DNA of 62,575 nucleotides, counting the filler, from Thermodesulfobacteriota bacterium (GTDB taxonomy: Bacteria; DASVDK01): NCBI GenBank assembly GCA_036381125.1. It is 6 parts of 6 records of this genome, joined end to end, with 100 filler letters (N's around TTAATTAATTAA, not from the genome) between each part and the next. Parts side by side here need not be neighbours in the genome. Positions count along the whole stretch, not along the records: positions 36,899 to 55,243 come from DASVDK010000163.1; positions 55,344 to 59,664 come from DASVDK010000164.1; 4 more parts are not named here. One strand, 5' to 3'. Made by a program: the position numbers and the translations under genes. Position 1 is the stretch's first letter; each line of letters starts with the position of its first letter. Below, in pieces: positions 49,719 through 57,907 of this stretch. The notes beneath the pieces are model-generated. The model saw only the letters and a list, made by a program, of their open reading frames with translations, was not told the DNA's origin and did not search any database.

Positions 49719-51063
49719 GGTCCTCCCGCCGCCGATGGGCCCGCCCGGCGACGACCCGCACCTTGCGGGGCGCGGCGAGCCAGATGGCCAGGGCCGAGAG
49801 GGTGCAGCAGCCGATGGCGATCCGCCAGGCCGACGCGTAGTCGCCGGTGGCGTCGTGAAGCGCGCCGGCCACCCACGGGCCGGCGGCTCCCCCCGCGATG
49901 GCCGCCACGTTGAGGGTGCCGAAGATGGCGCCGTAGTGCCGGCCCTCGAAGACCTCCGCCGGGATGGCGCCGAACACCGAGGAGAGGCCGTAGCCGAGCA
50001 TCCCCTGCGAGGCGACCATCACGTAGAGCAGCGCCGGCGTCGGCGACTCGTGCAGGAGGAGCAGGACCGCGTAGCAGACCGCGAACCCCAGGCTGCCGAC
50101 CGTCCAGATCCACTCGCGTCCGATCCGGTCGGAGAGGTGTCCGAGCGTGACCTGGCCCGGGACGGCAAGCAGGCTCACCAGGCCGAGGGCCCAGGCTGCG
50201 GCCGTCGGCGTGAACCCGATCTCGACCAGGTACTTCGTCTGGTGCACCTGCACCGCGTACCAGGCGAAGAGGCCGCAGAAGTACCCGACGGCGATCCACC
50301 AGAATCGGGCCGTGCGGATGGCGCGGCCGAGCGTCCAGTCGACGGCGGCCCACGCCGGGTCCACGACGTTGGCCGTCCGGCTCACGCCGGCGGCGCCGGC
50401 CGAGGCGCGGTCGCCGTCCGGCTCGAGCCCCATCTCCTCGGGTCGCCCCTTCAGGAGGAGGTTGAGCGGCACGAGCAGCACGAGCACGAGGACCCCGAGC
50501 GTCCAGCAGGCGGCGCGCCAGCCGGCGTCGCCGATGAGGGTCTGCACCCAGGGGAGCAGGACGATCGAGCCCACCCCGACGCCGGAGTAGGCCATGCTCA
50601 TGGCGAGCCCCCGGCGGCGAACGAACCAGTTGGGGAGGAAGAGCGCCTGGCCGGTGTACCCGAGACAGACGCCGCCGCCCCCGACCAGCACGCCGAGCGT
50701 GGCGTAGAGTTGCCACGGCTCGCGGATCTGCGGGGCGAGGAGCAGTCCGGCCGCCGTGAGGCCCACGCCCAGCTCGATGACCGCCCGCGGACCGCGGCGA
50801 TCCATCAGGCGGCCGAGCGACGGGCTCAGGATCGCCGAGACGAGGAAGCCGAAGGAGAAGGCGCCGGCGGTCACCCCACGTTCCCAGCCGAACTCCTCGA
50901 GGATCGGTGGGAAGAGCAGGGAGAAGGCGGTGCGCGCGTTGACGCCGACCGCCATCGTGACGAATGCCGCGGCGACGACGACCCAGCCGTAGTAGAACGG
51001 CAGCGTGTGCGCCAGTCGGAGCGTCCACGGCTCCGGCCTCGGGCGTGTGCGTTCGGCGTCCAC
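49699..51063 (-). CDS. MFS transporter (OFA/MCT-like)
   Basis: GGAGG RBS plus GTG at 51063; FYYGWVVV, FSLLFPPIL.EFGW.R, GRLMDRRGPR, WF.RRRGLA, LSDRIGR. Confidence 0.9.
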   Translation of the reverse strand: MDAERTRPRPEPWTLRLAHTLPFYYGWVVVAAAFVTMAVGVNARTAFSLLFPPILEEFGWERGVTAGAFSFGFLVSAILSPSLGRLMDRRGPRAVIELGVGLTAAGLLLAPQIREPWQLYATLGVLVGGGGVCLGYTGQALFLPNWFVRRRGLAMSMAYSGVGVGSIVLLPWVQTLIGDAGWRAACWTLGVLVLVLLVPLNLLLKGRPEEMGLEPDGDRASAGAAGVSRTANVVDPAWAAVDWTLGRAIRTARFWWIAVGYFCGLFAWYAVQVHQTKYLVEIGFTPTAAAWALGLVSLLAVPGQVTLGHLSDRIGREWIWTVGSLGFAVCYAVLLLLHESPTPALLYVMVASQGMLGYGLSSVFGAIPAEVFEGRHYGAIFGTLNVAAIAGGAAGPWVAGALHDATGDYASAWRIAIGCCTLSALAIWLAAPRKVRVVAGRAHRRREDHVCRDS

Positions 51064-51202
51064 CGCGATCCTCCGGTCGGCCCGGCGCGGCCGTCGCCGC
51101 GACCGCCGGACAGCATAGCGTCTCGGCGGCAACACGCAGCGGGCACATCGCCTGCAGCCCGCGCGCTCGCCGCGTGACGCGATGCGGGAGAGGAGGCGAT
51201 CG

Positions 51203-52216
51203 ATGGCGACTCGACGGGCGGGGGCGCGCGGGGCACCGGTAGTCCCGGAGACCATGAAGGCGGCCGCCGTCGACCGGTTCGGCCCGCCGGACGCGCTCGC
51301 GCTCCACACGTTGCCCGTACCGGAGCCGGGGCCGCGCCAGGTGCTCGTCGCCGTCCACGCGGCCGGCGTCGGCGTCTGGGACGCGGCGATCAGGGACGGC
51401 TCCTGGCAGCCCGCCGGGCGCGCCCGGTTCCCGCTCATCCCCGGCATCGACGGCGCCGGGATCGTCGCGAGCACCGGCGCGCGGGTGCGGCGGCCGGCCG
51501 TGGGCGACCGCGTGTACGCCCTCGAGGTCGCGAACCCGCAGGGCGGCTTCTATGCCGAGTACGTTGCCGTGGACGCCGAGCACGCCGCGCCCGTGCCGCG
51601 GCGCCTCGACATGCGCGAGGCCGCCGCCGCTGCAACGACCGGCCTGACCGCGCTGCAGGGGATCGACGACACGCTTCGCCTGCGGAGCGGGGAGAGCGTG
51701 CTGATCTTCGGTGCGTCGGGCGCCGTGGGGACCCTCGCCGTGCAGTTCGCGAAGCGCCGGCGCGCCCGCGTGCTCGGCACGGCCACCGGCCGGGCCGCGA
51801 CGGCGCTCGTCCGGCGCCTCGGCGCCGACGCCGTCTTCGATGCGCGCGCCCGGAACGCCGCCGATCGGCTCCGCGAGCTTGCGCCCGACGGGCTCGACGC
51901 CGTCCTCGCGCTTGCCGGCGGCGACGAGCTGGAGCGGTGTCTCGACCTCGTGCGGAGCGGCGGTCGGATCGCCTACCCCAACGGCATCGACCCCGAGCCC
52001 CGCCGCCGGCGGGGGATTCGCATCCTCCCGTACGACGGCGTGCCCGGCCGGCAGGAGTTCGCCCGACTCGACCGCGCCGTGGCCGAGGCGAGGCTCCGGG
52101 TGCCCATCGCCGCCGTCTACCCGCTCGCGCAGGCGGCGAAGGCCCACGCGCGGCTCGCGCGCGGCCAGATCCTCGGCCGGATCGTGCTCGAGGTCCGCCG
52201 TGGGCGCGCAAGGTGA
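51203..52216 (+). CDS. NADP-dependent oxidoreductase (MDR family)
   Basis: AGGAGG RBS; MKAA....FGPP, GFYAEYV, GLTALQG, VLIFGASGAVGTLAVQFAK, GRIVL. Confidence 0.92.
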   Translation: MATRRAGARGAPVVPETMKAAAVDRFGPPDALALHTLPVPEPGPRQVLVAVHAAGVGVWDAAIRDGSWQPAGRARFPLIPGIDGAGIVASTGARVRRPAVGDRVYALEVANPQGGFYAEYVAVDAEHAAPVPRRLDMREAAAAATTGLTALQGIDDTLRLRSGESVLIFGASGAVGTLAVQFAKRRRARVLGTATGRAATALVRRLGADAVFDARARNAADRLRELAPDGLDAVLALAGGDELERCLDLVRSGGRIAYPNGIDPEPRRRRGIRILPYDGVPGRQEFARLDRAVAEARLRVPIAAVYPLAQAAKAHARLARGQILGRIVLEVRRGRAR

Positions 52217-52237
52217 GGCGCCGGGGGCGAGCCGTTG

Positions 52238-52840
52238 CTAGCCGGCCCAGCGGGGGGATCCGTCCGGCGGCGTGCCGTAGAGCCGCGTCGCGCCGACCCC
52301 GGGGTCGCCCCGCACGACCCGCGCGATCGCCCGGGCGATCTTCTCCGCCCCCGCGGGGGACGGCTCGATCTGCTCGACGAAGTCCTCCGCCTCCGTGCAC
52401 ACGGCCCGCAGGTCGATGACCTCGAGCACGCGCGACGCGGCGCACCTGACGATGCGGTCGTTCAGGAGCGACAGCGGGACGCGCGCGAGCCGGGCCGCGT
52501 TCGGCTCGTGGAGCGGCGGCTCGTAGATCGTGCAGAGGATCGCGCGGCGAACGCGAGGGGCCAGCATGGCGAGGAGCCGGTCGTATTCCCTCGCGAACGT
52601 CTCCGCGATGCGCCCCAGTTCGGCGAGCACCTCCGCCGCCGACGAAGCCGGGCGTGAGAGGAGGCCGACGTGCTCGAGGGCGTCGTTGCCGCCGACGCTG
52701 AGCACGGCGCAGTCCGTCGGCTCCGGGAGCCGACCGAGCTGGGCCGGGACGTCGGCCATGGTCGAGCCGTTGCGGGCGAACAGCTCGACCGTCCAGTCGG
52801 CCCCGAGCAGGCGCCGCAGGTGCGCGGCCGTGCCGATCGC
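52238..52840 (-). pseudogene. SGNH/GDSL hydrolase, 5'-truncated
   Basis: HLRRLLG.DW.V.L.ARNGST, VLSVGGNDAL, CTIY, IDLR.V.....DF...IEPS..G..KIA.AI. The N-terminal GDS block and an upstream start codon are absent. Confidence 0.7.
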
Positions 52841-53119
52841 GGCGTGACGCCGGCTCGATCGCCCCCGGCGGCGGCGCGCCCTTGTCGCGACGGAGGTCGG
52901 CGGCGCAACTTCCAGGCGACGCCTTCGAGGTGGACGCGCCGCGCCTCGGCCGGGCGAGCCTGCTCCGGGCGTTACTCCTCGAGCAGGACCTGCAGCGCCT
53001 GACGGTGGTTGTTCAGGAAGTCCCGCGTCACCCGGAAGTGCTCGGTCTCCTCGCAGGCGACCCGCTCCACGAGCAGAACGATACGCAAGTAGCTAGCGCG
53101 ATCGGCGGCACCCGAGGCA

Positions 53120-53434
53120 TCAGCGCGGCTCGTACGTGTCGGCGATCTCGTAGTGCTCCACGTGGGCATCGTAGCTGACCATCATAGCCTGGACGGTCGG
53201 CGGCACGACGGCGACCTCGGGACGCTCGCCCGCGAACGCCCTGATCGCGTCGAGGGACTCCCAGAGCGTCACGACCTGGAACTCCGTGCCCGCAGCGACG
53301 TCTCGCCTGAGGATCGAGGCACGGACGAAGCCCGGGATCGCCGACAGCTTGGGGAACGTGTCGCTCTCGAGGTGATGGACGTACGCCTCGGCCTGACCCG
53401 GCTTCGCGATTCCCTTCCAGTGCCTCGATATCAT
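53120..53434 (-). CDS. Antibiotic-biosynthesis-monooxygenase (ABM)-like protein
   Basis: MISRHWKG......AEAY..HL....FP.L..IPGF......RR......F.VVTLWESLDAIRAFAG...E.AVVP. Confidence 0.85.
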   Translation of the reverse strand: MISRHWKGIAKPGQAEAYVHHLESDTFPKLSAIPGFVRASILRRDVAAGTEFQVVTLWESLDAIRAFAGERPEVAVVPPTVQAMMVSYDAHVEHYEIADTYEPR

Positions 53435-53513
53435 CGACCTTCGTCCTCACGGATCCCTCGGAATTGGACGCTCGTGAGTCGTCAACCGGGTGCCGGTGCC
53501 GAGCCGCTCGTGC

Positions 53514-53580
53514 GTCCAACTTCCCCGTGAGCGTCTGGCGGGTCCAGCGGGCTATCGGCGGCACGCGTGCAGTGACGGCC
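53514..53580 (-). mobile_element. Degenerate attC-like site
   Basis: Minus strand reads CGTCAC-tgcacgcg-TGCCGCCGAT...CTCACGGGGAA-GTTGGAC (GTTRRRY). It shares ATCGGCGGCAC with the sequence just after the ABM stop codon (53101). Confidence 0.3.
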
Positions 53581-53629
53581 GACTCAGTTCGAGTCCGTTC
53601 CATACGAACGTCGACGGCGTGACCCGCAG

Positions 53630-53695
53630 GCCCGGTACCTCGGGCGCGTCCAATGTCTTCGAAAGCGCCCGGAGGCTGCAGCGCGCGGTCAGGCG
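53630..53695 (-). mobile_element. Degenerate attC-like site overlapping the stop codon of the 53689 gene
   Basis: Minus strand reads GCCTGAC-cgcgcg-CTGCAGCCtCCGGGCGC...GCGCCCGAGG. The left arm is recognisable; the right arm is decayed. Confidence 0.5.
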
Positions 53696-54192
53696 GGCTC
53701 GAGAGGGACCCAGGTGCGTGAGGCGGGCGGCCGTAGCCGGCCGTTGACGCAGTCCAGAACGAACCCCTGCGTGATGTCGGCGAGCGCTTCCAGGACCGCA
53801 GCGACCTCTGGGGATGCCGGGTCCAGGTCGGTCTCCGCGACAACCGAGATGGTGTCCTGCGTGACCACCGGCTCGACCGGAGTGGCCGACATGATGTCCA
53901 GTCGCGCGCGGCAGCGCTGCAGGGCCGCTAGCGCCTGAGAGTCAATCCGGCCGCGTACGGCGGCCGCAGTTTCCTCGATCTCGGCCGGGACGTATGCTGC
54001 ATCATCGTCGAACTGGATCGTAAGCGCGACCGGACGCGTCTCGACGCGGATCTGCGGGACGACCGTGGTGAAGCCGCGCCACTCCGTCCGCGACACCGGG
54101 CGCGAGATGCGGCGGGGCAGCTCCGCCAGGAGCCACTCCAGGCACCGCGCGCCCCCTGAGTTCTCGAAGAGGATCTGCGCCGCCGCGAACAT
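53689..54192 (-). CDS. Hypothetical protein (167 aa) in a gene-cassette-like setting
   Basis: GGAGGG RBS 5 nt before the ATG at 54192; bounded by GTCAGGC upstream and GCCTGAC (containing its TGA) downstream. Confidence 0.65.
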   Translation of the reverse strand: MFAAAQILFENSGGARCLEWLLAELPRRISRPVSRTEWRGFTTVVPQIRVETRPVALTIQFDDDAAYVPAEIEETAAAVRGRIDSQALAALQRCRARLDIMSATPVEPVVTQDTISVVAETDLDPASPEVAAVLEALADITQGFVLDCVNGRLRPPASRTWVPLEPA

Positions 54193-54210
54193 AGCTGCCC
54201 TCCGCGACAC

Positions 54211-54284
54211 CGCCTGACGCCCGTGTCGAGCGGCGGCGCTCCTATACCACACCCGCGTCGGCCGCTGCAACGCGAAGTCAGGCG
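54211..54284 (-). mobile_element. attC-like integron recombination site with a GAC/GTC core variant
   Basis: Minus strand reads CGCCTGAC-ttcgcgtt-GCAGCGGC-loop-GCCGCT-cgacacgggc-GTCAGGCG: outer 8-bp perfect inverted repeat, inner AGCGGC/GCCGCT pair, 74 bp in total. Confidence 0.6.
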
Positions 54285-54328
54285 ACACGGCCGCGCGACG
54301 CCGCCATGGGGCGCCTCGCCTGCCGGCC

Positions 54329-55243
54329 CTAGCGGACGAGGCCGACAGGCCCTGGCGCGGCGAGGTCGGTGGGGGGCGGCACCGGCTGGATGGCGGTCCC
54401 GAAGGGGGCCGACATGCGGCCGAGGTCGGTGAGGATGGTCCAGGCCCGGCTGCCGGCCGCCGGCCGAGGCTGGAAGAGGACCTCGGGGTTGAAGACGTCG
54501 AGCGGCACGAGCCAGACCGGGTCCCACACCGGCTCGACCACGCCGCCGCCGCGGTCGACCCGGCCGCGGAAGGTCAGGCGGGCGAGCACGCCGTCGCGCA
54601 CCTTGTGGCTGTAGGAGCCGAAGGCGAAGTTGCCGAGGCTGTAGAAGATGAGCGCGCCCTTGTAGCGCTCGACGCCCTGAAGGGTGTGGGGGTGGGTGCC
54701 GAGCACGAGGTCGGCCCCCGCGTCGACGGCGAGCCGCCCGAGCCTCACCTGGTAGTCCCTCGGCTCGGGCGCGAGTTCCCGCCCCCAGTGGAAGCTCACG
54801 ATGACCAGGTCGGCGTCGCGCCGAGCGGCCCGGACGTCGGCCTCGATCCAGTCGGCGTGGCCGAACGCGGTGCCGGGGGCAGGCCCCCTCGCCCAGAACT
54901 CCTCGGGGAAGGTGTTGGAGTAGGAGAGCATGGCGATCCGCACGCCGCGCCGGACGAGGCGCGCGGGCGCCCGCGCCTCGCGCTCGCTCGCGCCGGCGCC
55001 GGCAAAGGCGATGCCGGCGGCGCGCAGGGCGGCCAGGGTCTCCTCGAGCCCGACGCGGCCCTGGTCGAGGGTGTGGTTGTTGGCCAGCGCCACGGCGTCG
55101 ATGCCGGCCCGCCGCATGGCGAAGGCGGAGTCGGGCGGCACCCGGAAGGTGAACTGCTTCTCGACCTCCGGCGCGCCGCGCTCGCTCAGCGGGCCTTCGA
55201 GGTTGGCGACGGTGAGGTCGGAGTCGCGCAGGAGCGGCGCCGC
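54329..55243 (-). CDS. CapA/PGA_cap-family metallophosphoesterase-like protein (5'-partial)
   Basis: VANLEGP, LANNH.LD.G, VSFHWG.E, GADLVLGTHPH.LQG.E, YSLGNF.FG. Confidence 0.92.
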   Translation of the reverse strand, partial: AAPLLRDSDLTVANLEGPLSERGAPEVEKQFTFRVPPDSAFAMRRAGIDAVALANNHTLDQGRVGLEETLAALRAAGIAFAGAGASEREARAPARLVRRGVRIAMLSYSNTFPEEFWARGPAPGTAFGHADWIEADVRAARRDADLVIVSFHWGRELAPEPRDYQVRLGRLAVDAGADLVLGTHPHTLQGVERYKGALIFYSLGNFAFGSYSHKVRDGVLARLTFRGRVDRGGGVVEPVWDPVWLVPLDVFNPEVLFQPRPAAGSRAWTILTDLGRMSAPFGTAIQPVPPPTDLAAPGPVGLVR

Positions 55244-55343
55244 NNNNNNNNNNNNNNNNNNNNNNNNNNNNNNNNNNNNNNNNNNNNTTAATTAATTAAN
55301 NNNNNNNNNNNNNNNNNNNNNNNNNNNNNNNNNNNNNNNNNNN
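55244..55343. other. Artificial contig spacer
   Basis: N-run with TTAATTAATTAA. Confidence 0.99.
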
Positions 55344-56350
55344 GTCCGGCCGGACGGCGCGAGCGCCAGCGCCTCGACGCCGGCGCGAGCGAAGAAGACG
55401 TCGTCCTGCGTGAGGCGGGCCTCCGGGAGGAGCCGCCTCGCCTCGGCGAGCAGGTCGTCGACCTCGGCCGCCGTCGCGGCGACACGGTCGATCTCGGCGT
55501 CGGTTCCGTCGCCCGCCGTGGCGATGACGGACCACCCCCTGCGGGGCAGGACGACGAACGCCCGGCCGTCGCTGCGGGCCGAGGCGACGAGCGCGTGGCG
55601 AGCGACGCATCGCACGGCGAGGTGGAGGCGCCTGGCGAGGCGCACGGTCGGGCGCTCCGTGAGGCTGGCGACGCGCCGCAGCCGATCGGTCCACGGCCCG
55701 GCGGCGTTCACGACCACGCGGCCGGCCACCGTGTCGGCCGCTCCGGTCAACGTGCTCTCGACGTCCACCTCGGTGATGCCGTCCGCGCGCGGGCGAAGCG
55801 CCGTCACGGCGACGTGGTTCACCGCCTTCGCGCCGGCCTCGCGGGCCGAGAGGACGGTCTCGAGGCAGAGCCGCTCGGGCGAGAGGATCTGGCCGTCGGT
55901 GTAGAGCGCGGCGCCGGCAAGCCCGGCCGGCTCGAGGCGGGGCTCGAGGCGCCGCGCCTCGGCGGCGCCGATCGTGCGAGCACGCGCGCGGCGCTCCCGC
56001 GCGAGCCAGGCGTGGAACTTGAGGCCGACGCCGACCATCCAGAGCGGCTGCCGGTCGCCGGCGTAGACCGGGCGGAGGCACGCCAGGGGCCGCACGAGGT
56101 GCGGCGCGATCCGCTCGAGCGTCGCCCGCTCGGCGAGCGCCCGGCGGAGCGGGCCGAGGTCGAGGAGGTCGAGGTCGCGCAGACCGCCCTGCGCGAGCCC
56201 GGAGGAGCGGCCCGTCGCGCCGGCGCCGAAGTCCTCCTTCTCGAGCAGGAGCGTGGCGTAGCCGCGCATCGCCGCGTCGCGCGCGATCGCCGCGCCGGTG
56301 AGGCCCCCGCCGATGACCACGACGTCGAAGACGTGCTCGCTCCGCATCAC
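55344..56350 (-). CDS. FAD-dependent glycerol-3-phosphate dehydrogenase/oxidase-like protein (3'-partial, divergent active site)
   Basis: DVVVIGGGLTGAAIARDAAMRG...LLEKEDF.AG, ER..L..IAPHLV.PL, YTDGQ...PERL, VVNAAGPW.D. Confidence 0.85.
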
Positions 56351-56462
56351 CCGCCCGGCCGGCTCCTTCGGAAGGGAACCCGCATTCTACCTCGCGCGAA
56401 GCCCGACGCTCCGTCGGGCGAGCCTCGCGGGACGCGTGCCGGGGACGCGGTAGACTCCGGCC

Positions 56463-57161
56463 ATGCGCGACCGGCCCGTCCCGGAGAGCCGCCCCTGGGT
56501 CACAACCAACTTCGCCATGAGCGTGGACGGGAAGGTCGCCTTCGCCGAGCCGGGGCCGTTCGAGCTGTCGTCGGGGGAGGACAAGCGGCGCATGGCCGCC
56601 CATCGGGCCGAGGCCGACGCCGTGCTCTGGGGCGCGGGCACCGTCCTCGTCGACGAGCCGTTCGTCCGGGTTCGGCGGCCCGAGTGGATCGAGGCGCGCC
56701 GGCGCCGCGGCCAGCCGCCGCACCCGCTGAACGTGCTCCTCACCGCGTCCGCCCGGGTGCCCCTCGCCAACCGGTTCTTCGCCGAGCCGGACCTCCCGCG
56801 GCTCGTCGTCGTCACCGACGCGGCCGACCCCGCGGCGCTCGCCGCCTACCGCACGAGAGCCGACGTGCTCGTGCAGCCCGGGCGCATCGACCTCGACGCC
56901 CTGCTCGCGCACCTGCGCGCCGTCCGCGGCGTGCGCCGCCTCCTCTGCGAAGGGGGCCCCACGCTGATGTGGTCCCTCTTCGAGGCCGACCTCGTGGACG
57001 AGGTGCTCGTGACGCTCGTGCCGGTCGTCGTCGGCGGCGAGCACGCCAGGACGATGGTCGGGGGGCCCGGCTTCCTCCGGGGCGCGACCCGGCGTCTCGA
57101 GCTGGCCGACGTCGAGCGCGCGGGCGACGAGGTCTTCCTCGCCTATCGCGTGGTCCGGTGA
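56463..57161 (+). CDS. RibD C-terminal / dihydrofolate-reductase-family protein
   Basis: RP.V..NFAMSVDGKV, R..ADAVL.GAGTV..D.P, LLCEGGPTL...L...LVDE. Confidence 0.9.
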   Translation: MRDRPVPESRPWVTTNFAMSVDGKVAFAEPGPFELSSGEDKRRMAAHRAEADAVLWGAGTVLVDEPFVRVRRPEWIEARRRRGQPPHPLNVLLTASARVPLANRFFAEPDLPRLVVVTDAADPAALAAYRTRADVLVQPGRIDLDALLAHLRAVRGVRRLLCEGGPTLMWSLFEADLVDEVLVTLVPVVVGGEHARTMVGGPGFLRGATRRLELADVERAGDEVFLAYRVVR

Positions 57162-57168
57162 CGGGCCG

Positions 57169-57867
57169 CTATCCGAGGTCCTCGAGCGCCTCGGCGAGCG
57201 GCTTCTTCACGCAGGTGAAGATCGGCGTGTCGCGGAGCGTGTAGCGGCTCCCCTCGATCTCGCGCAGCGCCATGACGAGGTCGACGAAGTCCGACGGGTG
57301 GTCGGACTCGAACGCGACGACCCACTCCTGGTCGTCCAGGCCGAACGAGTACGTCGTGTTGAGCTTCACCGAGGGGTACTGGTGGCCGACCTTGATGTGG
57401 ACGTCCATCATCTCCTGCCGGCGCTCCTTGGGCAGGAGGAACCACTCGCGCGTCTTGATGAACGGGTAGACGAAGATGTACCGGTACTCGCCCGGCACCA
57501 CCCTCGCGCGGCGCCCCTCCTGCCCCTCGTGGACGTGATGGTCGACGTACTGGGAGCGCTTCGTCTGCGCGAGGTAGGAGTACGGCGTCGAGAGGTACGG
57601 CGCGAGCGCGGTGCGGTTGATGAGCCGCGTCATGCGCTGGAAGTCCTCGAGGTCGTACGAGATGCGCCAGAGCATGAAGTCGCAGTCGCCGCGGATGCCG
57701 ACCAGGGAGTACGGCACCACGAGACAGGTCTCGCGCAGACGCTCCACCGCCTCGATGAACTCGGCCTTGCCGCGCGCCCGATCGGCCTCGGGCAAGAGCC
57801 TCCACTTCGGATCGATCTTGTAGAAGGCGAAGTTCACGAACTGCCGCTTCATCGGAGCATCGGCCAT
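57169..57867 (-). CDS. Chlorite dismutase family protein, probably a coproheme decarboxylase (HemQ/ChdC-like)
   Basis: AAAGGA RBS; YSLVG.R.DCDFM.W, YPFIKTREW..LP...R..MM..H...G, TTYSFGLDDQEWVVAFE, RYT..DTPIF. Confidence 0.85.
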   Translation of the reverse strand: MADAPMKRQFVNFAFYKIDPKWRLLPEADRARGKAEFIEAVERLRETCLVVPYSLVGIRGDCDFMLWRISYDLEDFQRMTRLINRTALAPYLSTPYSYLAQTKRSQYVDHHVHEGQEGRRARVVPGEYRYIFVYPFIKTREWFLLPKERRQEMMDVHIKVGHQYPSVKLNTTYSFGLDDQEWVVAFESDHPSDFVDLVMALREIEGSRYTLRDTPIFTCVKKPLAEALEDLG

Positions 57868-57907
57868 GCGTCGTCCTTTCGTGCGAGCGTCCGCCTCGCG
57901 GCCCCGC

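Noticed and set aside
52972-53169. 65-aa ORF after the ABM gene
   Set aside because: It overlaps ABM, has no RBS and no recognisable motif; at most a remnant.
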